Positions 54,839 through 61,084 of a stretch of 61,084 bases of DNA are shown here, piece after piece. The stretch covers positions 1 to 61,084 of the IMG/VR virus record IMGVR_UViG_3300021519_000011. One strand, 5' to 3'. Every line of letters begins with the position of its first letter. The first letter of the stretch is position 1. Below the pieces are notes generated by a model that saw nothing but the letters and a program-made list of their open reading frames with translations, made no database searches and was not told where the DNA came from. The position numbers were made by a program, and so were the translations under genes. This DNA is from a virus (Duplodnaviria; Caudoviricetes).

Positions 54839-54943
54839 GGACTTAACCAATAGCATTGTTTACATGGAAACCATGTATCTAGCAGTAGAAGGCTATAAAA
54901 AAGAGATTGTAGAAAAAAACTTACAAAGGACTACGGAGGAATT

Positions 54944-55180
54944 ATGCAACTTGATAAAAGTTATTTCATTACCCAAATAGAACAGTATCTACTTAAAATG
55001 GACAAAGACGAAATGAAACCATATGCCGTTAAAGTGAATTATAGTGGTACTAAGTGGTATTTTTTAGACGCGCCGGACGAAAGCGAAGCTGAGGAAGTAG
55101 CTTGCGAAATGTTTGGAAACGAGTTTAAATTGAAGGATGTAGAAATGGAAGCATTTGCGGAAGGAGATAGTGATGACTAA
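54944..55180 (+). CDS. Hypothetical protein
   Basis: RBS GGAG. Confidence 0.55.
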   Translation: MQLDKSYFITQIEQYLLKMDKDEMKPYAVKVNYSGTKWYFLDAPDESEAEEVACEMFGNEFKLKDVEMEAFAEGDSDD

Positions 55181-55361
55181 TGAAAAGGAATTTTTTGACG
55201 CTCTTTTAAAAATGGAGAAGATAAGACCGACTGAACCATTGACGGACGCAGAGATCGAGCAAATTTATTTTGATGTATCTCGATTAACCTCAATTAGCCC
55301 GCTACTTGACTTTGTTAGACGGATTGAACACGCACATGGAATAGGAGTTAATGATGAATGA
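55173..55361 (+). CDS. Hypothetical protein
   Basis: PLTDAEI...F.R.IE.AHGI; RBS AGGAG. Confidence 0.6.
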   Translation: MTNEKEFFDALLKMEKIRPTEPLTDAEIEQIYFDVSRLTSISPLLDFVRRIEHAHGIGVNDE

Positions 55362-55430
55362 TAACTTACAAACTGGTGATTTGATCTGTGCTTTCCTATT
55401 TGGAATATTCATTGTCGCGTGGTGTTTTGT

Positions 55431-55613
55431 ATGACGCGGGACAGGCTTATAGGTTTAGTAGACCAAATGGATTCTATGGGAGGGTTTGCTGGTAAAATAG
55501 GTCAAGCTGCTTTATTAGCTGACAAAGACAATCTTCAAAGGCTGATGGATGCCTTTCCTGAGTATTTTATTGAGCAAAAGGCTATCTCTTGGACGCGACT
55601 ATTATTTACCTGA
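55431..55613 (+). CDS. Hypothetical phage protein
   Basis: GGFA..IG.A...AD..N..RL..AFPEYF. Confidence 0.6.
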   Translation: MTRDRLIGLVDQMDSMGGFAGKIGQAALLADKDNLQRLMDAFPEYFIEQKAISWTRLLFT

Positions 55614-55780
55614 AAGATGGAAAAGACGGGAAGATTGAGGTATCTATGGAACTGATTGGCGATCCAAGCCAATCATTCCTAGTTGGTAACGCTATCGTTA
55701 ATAACCTTTATGTATTAGAAAATACCGTATTTGTTAACAACGAGTTTACCCAACAACCACCTACGACAAGAGTGCAATAA
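55589..55780 (+). CDS. Hypothetical protein
   Basis: Last ORF of the + block; TTG start. Confidence 0.45.
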   Translation: MDATIIYLKDGKDGKIEVSMELIGDPSQSFLVGNAIVNNLYVLENTVFVNNEFTQQPPTTRVQ

Positions 55781-56549
55781 GGCTTTTACCTGCTATATCA
55801 GCACCAACCCGTAACTCGAAATCATTAAAATCTTCGCCTGTATTTGGGGAAACCCAATACGGGCGATTTGTTTTCTTAGCCGTCCTAATTCCTACGGGGT
55901 CATGGTCAGCGATTATCAGGCCGTCAGGGAACTGCTGAGATACTTCCAATAGGTTGCTAGCCGAGAAGCAAACAATGATCTTGTAGCGTGTTTTAATGGC
56001 TTTCAATGCCCGTCTTATGGACATAGCAGTCGCGTATCCTTCACACAAGAGTGGAACACCCTTGTTATCAAATACTGCAACCGCGCCCTTATTCTTCTGC
56101 CCAGAAAGAAACTTCTTATTCCCATCAGCATCTATCAGTTGGAGGCCAGAGATTGCGCCATCTATCCGCATAGGAATAACTAACTTCCCCTCCCAGACCA
56201 ATGCTTCCTCTTCTGGAAAACCTTTCCGGCCTAGATAAGCATGAGTGGCTTTAGTCGCTTGCTTAAGTATCCAGCCAGCTTTGGATGCCGCCTTCTGGTT
56301 ACGTTCTTCAGTATTCTTTTGGGATTGTTGTATCTTAACTCTGTATAAGGGATCATTTCTAGCTTCGCCTTTCCAAAATAATGCTTTCTCATGGACTGCC
56401 CAATTCTTAACCGCGCCCGAATTACCATCAAATATATAAGAACCATTACGTTTCTTTGGATGATCTAAAGTAGGAACTCTAGTCCACCGATCATACACAA
56501 GGTGATCTATGATTAAACCGTGCTGCTCTGCAAACGCTTGAAAGCTCAT
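55761..56549 (-). CDS. Toprim-domain DNA primase-like protein
   Basis: H.YL.RKG, LQLI..DG.KKFL.G, LCEGYATA.SI, IIADHD, DFND. Confidence 0.85.
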   Translation of the reverse strand: MSFQAFAEQHGLIIDHLVYDRWTRVPTLDHPKKRNGSYIFDGNSGAVKNWAVHEKALFWKGEARNDPLYRVKIQQSQKNTEERNQKAASKAGWILKQATKATHAYLGRKGFPEEEALVWEGKLVIPMRIDGAISGLQLIDADGNKKFLSGQKNKGAVAVFDNKGVPLLCEGYATAMSIRRALKAIKTRYKIIVCFSASNLLEVSQQFPDGLIIADHDPVGIRTAKKTNRPYWVSPNTGEDFNDFELRVGADIAGKSLIALLS

Positions 56550-56729
56550 GTAATGTCCTAATGTATATTGGAACGCATTTGTTGTAATAAAGATTCTTGT
56601 AGCTCTTCTAAGAAATCAATGTAATCTTTGTTTGATGGTTTACGTTTACCTGTCTTTTCCCGCACCGATTTAGTTAGATACTTATCAAAAGCTCTTAATT
56701 CATCTTCTATATTCTTCATTTAAATTCCT

Positions 56730-58208
56730 TTACGCGGCTAATTTTGATTTTGAATATGCAATGAACCGGCTTTTAATCCACTTCATAGTTTGTATTGAAG
56801 TGGGACGAACTTCCTTGGGAATAGAACGGGGAAATACTCCATACTTTTCCTTGTATTTGTGGGATGCCCAGCCTTCTTTGTAACCCTTTTGCTGCCCGTA
56901 ATACAGTAGCTCAGAATAGAACTGTTTGTTATCCGCAATCCCTTGGCTATTGGATGCCACCAACTCAAGTAACTCACCATTTACGGATGTAACACCAGTA
57001 GGCGGCTTCTTTTCAAAGCCACATGAGCCACAGATATTGGATTTAAATATCCACAGAGCCTTACAGCATGGGCAAACAGCTTCTTTCTTTTCCTTTTCAG
57101 TAGGCTCTTTCTTAACCTTTTCTACTGCGCTATCCTTTAGCTCAGTTACGCCCTCGTAAAAAACCTTATCCCAATCATTACGAAACCGCAAGAAGTTACC
57201 TGAATGATCTAGCCATAGGCCAAACTCTTTGCCCTCATTGGGGCGCATGATTCTGCCCATCTGCTGAACGTGAGAACTAAAGGACTTCGAAAATGGGCGG
57301 GCTGATACACCGATCATTACATCTGGCACATCAAAGCCACGAGTTAAGATATCAGTAGCTATCAATCCATGAATATTTGTGTCGGGCTTGCTGAATTCCT
57401 CAATCATGTCCTTCTTATATTGATCGTCCTCTAGATAGGATATGGAAATAAAGTTATATCCTGCCTCTGCAAACTTTTTAACTAACTCGCGCCCGTGTTC
57501 TACGCCAGCACAAAACACAATCGTTTTCATTGGTTTGCCAAATATCTCATGGGTTTTCTTGTGCCATTCGTGAACTACATCTCCAACGATCTTGATGCCA
57601 CGCTCAGTTACATCCTCTGCCGCCCATTCTCCAGCCCGCTTCTTAGCGCCGGTCATATCAATCTCTTTAGCAACAAAAACTTTAAGGGGAACTAACCAAC
57701 CTTTCTCAATTAGATCGCCGGTAGGAGTCGCGCCCACCACATGAGTATAGATATCACCTAAGCCTTTAGTAAATGGCGTAGCAGTAAGCCCTATAACCTT
57801 GATCTGGGGGTTATCTTTAATGAACTTAACTACACCTCTACGGGTAATGTGGCATTCATCAACGATCAATAGATCAATGTCAGGGAATGTTTGGCGCTTC
57901 TCTAGGGTTTGGGCAGAGCAAACTTGGATATGCTCATAGGGACGGTGACGCCAATGTCCAGCTTGCATTACTCCGTGTTCTATTCCGTATTTAGTTAAGC
58001 GGCGGCTGGTTTGATCTACTAAAACTATTCGATCCATCACCATTGCGCACTTCTTGTATTTCTCAGCAACAGCTTTCATAATCGCCATTGCTACCTCAGT
58101 TTTACCGAACCCCGTTGGGGCATACAACAGTTGACATCTGTGTCCGTTTGCAAAGCCATCACGTAGCTTCTGAACAACTTCCTCTTGATGCTCGCGTAAT
58201 TCTAACAT
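56730..58208 (-). CDS. Superfamily II (DEAH-box) helicase with a C-terminal zinc finger
   Basis: APTGFGKT, VDECH, GLTATP, GFDVPD, QQMGRIMR, CPCC...CGSC. Confidence 0.92.
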   Translation of the reverse strand: MLELREHQEEVVQKLRDGFANGHRCQLLYAPTGFGKTEVAMAIMKAVAEKYKKCAMVMDRIVLVDQTSRRLTKYGIEHGVMQAGHWRHRPYEHIQVCSAQTLEKRQTFPDIDLLIVDECHITRRGVVKFIKDNPQIKVIGLTATPFTKGLGDIYTHVVGATPTGDLIEKGWLVPLKVFVAKEIDMTGAKKRAGEWAAEDVTERGIKIVGDVVHEWHKKTHEIFGKPMKTIVFCAGVEHGRELVKKFAEAGYNFISISYLEDDQYKKDMIEEFSKPDTNIHGLIATDILTRGFDVPDVMIGVSARPFSKSFSSHVQQMGRIMRPNEGKEFGLWLDHSGNFLRFRNDWDKVFYEGVTELKDSAVEKVKKEPTEKEKKEAVCPCCKALWIFKSNICGSCGFEKKPPTGVTSVNGELLELVASNSQGIADNKQFYSELLYYGQQKGYKEGWASHKYKEKYGVFPRSIPKEVRPTSIQTMKWIKSRFIAYSKSKLAA

Positions 58209-58299
58209 CTTATCTCCAGTTACTTAATAGGACACCGCCTATTGTCGGGTGGGGTACTCGTGTCATTGAAGGAGTAGAACTCCCACTTTCCCCCGTAAA

Positions 58300-59121
58300 C
58301 TATGCTGCTTCTTTTTCCAGCTTTTTAGCTCTACGCTCCCAGTAAGAAACTTGTTTTTTTAATTCCGCGCACTCACGTTGGAATGAATCGCGGGATGCTT
58401 TAAGGACTCTGTTGTCTGCCTCAAGAATCTTAATTGTCTTTTCCATTTCATCAAACTTAGCTTGGGCAAGGCCACGTTCTTCAGGCGTAGCCTCCATCGC
58501 AGCAACTGCCAACCGTGCCTGTAGCTTTTCGTTTTCAGCAACAATATCCTGCATCTCCGATGCAATCTCTTGGTTTTTATCCGCTTCAGTAAATTCGTAT
58601 TGCGGATTTTTCGGTGCAAATTCATTGTATTCTTTCTTGGGACTTTTAATATCGTATTCTGTTCCTCTTCTGTTAACATTAATAATCTCAGGCTGCTTAC
58701 CGGAAGCCTTGCGAATCTTTGCAACGAATGGGTGAGATACACGCAATATCTTGGCTAATTGCCTATCGCTTTGATTGGTATATCTTTCTTTTTCTAACGC
58801 CAAATTAAGTGCATGGCGCTTATCTTCAGGGGAATAGCGCTCACCGTTATCGTGGTTAGCATGAACTAATGCGTAATCAAACGCATCTTCATATGTTCCC
58901 ATACGTACATCTGCATCAATGATTTCCAAGCCCGATTTCTTATGGGCATAGTAACGCTTCCAGCCATCGGCTAAATGGTAATCATCGCCGTCATGGAAAA
59001 GAACAATTGCAGGAAACTTATCTCCATCTAGCAAGGCTTGCGCATATTCATCAACGATCTCTTGATTAATGCCAACCCGCATCATTAATTCTGGTTCTAT
59101 TTTAATTTCTGATAGTTTCAT
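58300..59121 (-). CDS. ParB/Srx-like domain protein with HTH and coiled coil
   Basis: FPAIV......LADG.KR..A; SDRQLAK...VSHPFV..IR. Confidence 0.75.
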   Translation of the reverse strand: MKLSEIKIEPELMMRVGINQEIVDEYAQALLDGDKFPAIVLFHDGDDYHLADGWKRYYAHKKSGLEIIDADVRMGTYEDAFDYALVHANHDNGERYSPEDKRHALNLALEKERYTNQSDRQLAKILRVSHPFVAKIRKASGKQPEIINVNRRGTEYDIKSPKKEYNEFAPKNPQYEFTEADKNQEIASEMQDIVAENEKLQARLAVAAMEATPEERGLAQAKFDEMEKTIKILEADNRVLKASRDSFQRECAELKKQVSYWERRAKKLEKEAA

Positions 59122-59128
59122 ACATTCC

Positions 59129-59314
59129 TCATTCATATCGTTTTAAAGTACTTAAAGCCATCTTAAGCTCATGTTCGCCCGCTTTGGGATTATTAGCTAC
59201 TCGCAAGCACTCTATGGCCTGCTCTTTCCACCTAATTGATTGTTGCACCGAACCCGTTTTAACGGAATTAGGGATTACCTTAGCTTGATTTTTTATCTGT
59301 TCTCTGATACTCAT
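59129..59314 (-). CDS. Hypothetical protein
   Basis: Overlap-coupled ORF. Confidence 0.5.
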   Translation of the reverse strand: MSIREQIKNQAKVIPNSVKTGSVQQSIRWKEQAIECLRVANNPKAGEHELKMALSTLKRYE

Positions 59315-59798
59315 ACGATCTCTGGCTTAGTTGTTTTAAATCACTTGATTCTTGCTCGGTTAATGATGATACATTCTTCATTGATGCCAATGGAAAGTAA
59401 GTAATATCACGATAATTTAGGGGATAATTAATGTCTTTGCCATTATGGTTAATAACCTTAGGCTCTAACAAAACATCCAAATAGTTCCCATAAATCCTTT
59501 TTTCAAACTCATCTACAAAAAACAAAAATACTCGCAAGTTGTGTTGATTGCTGATAAATAAGTAATCCTTTAGGTGGCGATCATCTATGCCAGTATCAGG
59601 ATAATAAGTTCTACGGGCTTTAGTTTTTACATCAACAATAGCCAATGATTTTTTATCGGGCGTAGCAATTAGCCTATCAAAAGGATGAGCGCCATCAAAC
59701 ACAGGGTGATAAGGAATAATGTTATTTTTAAGCAGGTAAGCATCTACCAAACCCTCTCCCAAATCCCCTTTTTTAACTTCAGTTCTATCTTGCCACAT
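59280..59798 (-). CDS. Putative PD-(D/E)XK endonuclease
   Basis: KGDLGE..V..YL, HPFD, VDVKTK catalytic-like pattern. Confidence 0.6.
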   Translation of the reverse strand: MWQDRTEVKKGDLGEGLVDAYLLKNNIIPYHPVFDGAHPFDRLIATPDKKSLAIVDVKTKARRTYYPDTGIDDRHLKDYLFISNQHNLRVFLFFVDEFEKRIYGNYLDVLLEPKVINHNGKDINYPLNYRDITYFPLASMKNVSSLTEQESSDLKQLSQRSYEYQRTDKKSS

Positions 59799-60913
59799 TA
59801 GAATTTATCAGTATCGTTTCCAAAGGTTTCCCAACCTTCTCGTTTCTCACGGCTAAAGTATTCCAGCTTTCTACCAATCGTAACCTCATCTACCATCTGA
59901 TAAAACGCATCTGGCTTACGGCTATGTTGGCGGCGCGATTCTCTAATAATGTCCCGCCATGTAGTGTTATTCCATTTTGGTTTGCCTTTAACCGCAACCA
60001 AACAAAACTCGCACTGCATTCTTAGCCAGCTTCCCATGCCAATTTTTTCTTTATCCCATACCATTGTTGCCTTATATTCAAAACCCCAATGATTTAGTAG
60101 CTCTTTAGCATCAAAGATAAATTGATGGGTAGTCCATAGGAATACCACGCTATCTTTGGCAAAAGGAATCTCCATCTTCAATAGCTCATCTTGCTTCATC
60201 TCTGGGTAAGGATTGGCTACACGGCTGCCTTCTGGATCATACTTGCGCCCGTAATTCCAAGGAGGATCAAGCACAACTATCTCAAATACACCCGATGGAA
60301 GAACGGCCTTACCGGTAGCAATATCTTCTTTTTGTTTGGCTACGTCTTCCTCGTGTTGTTGCTTTTTTTCTGCATTTTTAATTTGTTTGTGGGCTTCATT
60401 AATACTAATCTCACCTTTAGCTAAAGATTTCTTTGCTTCCTCTGATCCTTTTTCCTCAATCTTTTTAATTTTATCAATCGTATTATTTGATATTCCAGCT
60501 ATTTTTGCTAACTCTTCTCTGGTGGTTACAGCTTCGGTAGATATCTTCATAAGCTGAGGATTTTTTCCTCCTGAGCTGGTTTTTTGATTTACCTTAGCTC
60601 TTGCAGCAATTTCTGACTCTAAACGTAACGCCAAAGTACCGCGAACATAGTTGTTTAAACTTCTACGCCCAAATTGATTGGTAATAATCCATTCAATTAC
60701 CTCACTGCGATTTTCAAAAGCGCGATCTATTGTTTTAAATGGCAGATCATTGCGCTTACAAATGTCATAACGGTTATGCCCGTCTACTAACACCCCGTTC
60801 CAAAGAACTAATGGGTCTCTACAACCATCCCGCTTAATGTTTTCCTCAAGTTGTAAAAGCTCTGCTGGTGCTAACTCCGGAATTAAATCTTTAAACTCGT
60901 TATCAATTTTCAT
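59798..60913 (-). CDS. ParB-like N-domain fused to an MT-A70 family N6-adenine methyltransferase
   Basis: VDGHNRY.IC and NQFGRR.L in the N-terminal half; DPPW, FLWTT, W.K..G.G.W.R...E, HSRKP in the C-terminal half. Confidence 0.88.
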   Translation of the reverse strand: MKIDNEFKDLIPELAPAELLQLEENIKRDGCRDPLVLWNGVLVDGHNRYDICKRNDLPFKTIDRAFENRSEVIEWIITNQFGRRSLNNYVRGTLALRLESEIAARAKVNQKTSSGGKNPQLMKISTEAVTTREELAKIAGISNNTIDKIKKIEEKGSEEAKKSLAKGEISINEAHKQIKNAEKKQQHEEDVAKQKEDIATGKAVLPSGVFEIVVLDPPWNYGRKYDPEGSRVANPYPEMKQDELLKMEIPFAKDSVVFLWTTHQFIFDAKELLNHWGFEYKATMVWDKEKIGMGSWLRMQCEFCLVAVKGKPKWNNTTWRDIIRESRRQHSRKPDAFYQMVDEVTIGRKLEYFSREKREGWETFGNDTDKF

Positions 60914-60995
60914 TTCTTTTCCTCTTTGTTAAAATACTACCGCCCCTTTGTATCAACTTCATACACGTCGTTAAAACTGAACCCGTTTGGTGGAC

Positions 60996-61084
60996 GCACC
61001 TAGCCTACCTAGGTGAGCCTTCAACTGAACCCTTTTTGGAGCCACAGCACCCGCCAGCCGCCCGTAGAATCGGTGCTAGCTTCG
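60996..61084. repeat. Terminal direct repeat / circular overlap, right copy
   Basis: Matches 1-89 with 2 mismatches. Confidence 0.95.

Noticed and set aside
1-61084. tRNA genes, integrase/att site, DNA polymerase, alternative genetic code
   Set aside because: None recognised by eye; long genes are open in the standard code and TAA, TAG and TGA all serve as stops. tRNAscan and HMM searches would be needed to exclude them fully.

Overview
The window appears to be an essentially complete, circularly permuted genome of about 61 kb from a tailed dsDNA phage with a podovirus-like gene set. The last 89 nt (60996-61084) repeat the first 89 nt with 2 mismatches. CTGT-N8-ACAG LexA boxes point to a Beta- or Gammaproteobacterial host (inference). 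Layout: + strand operon (989-11583) with a glycan-modification cluster (GT10, radical SAM/SPASM, FkbM-like methyltransferase, GT2, GT-A) followed by recombination genes (PD-(D/E)XK exonuclease, Sak3-like annealase, SSB-like). A long - strand late region (51256 down to 11665) carries terS, a LexA-type DNA-binding domain, terL, portal, GroES, scaffold, major capsid, small basic proteins, adaptors, tail modules, lysis genes, three free-standing HNH nucleases and ejection proteins. A + strand early region of small ORFs (51593-55780) contains a type II hammerhead ribozyme. A - strand replication block (60913-55761) has a ParB/MT-A70 methyltransferase, a nuclease, a ParB-like protein, an SF2 helicase and a Toprim primase. 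I recognised no integrase, CI repressor, DNA polymerase, tRNA or CRISPR array. Strongest leads: possible virion glycosylation (glycosyltransferase cluster plus Asn-rich structural proteins), a shared [FYML]xxGG peptide tag on ejection and small basic proteins, the ribozyme, several structured non-coding elements, and SOS boxes in a phage with no evident lysogeny module. All calls come from reading motifs by eye; no database search was run.
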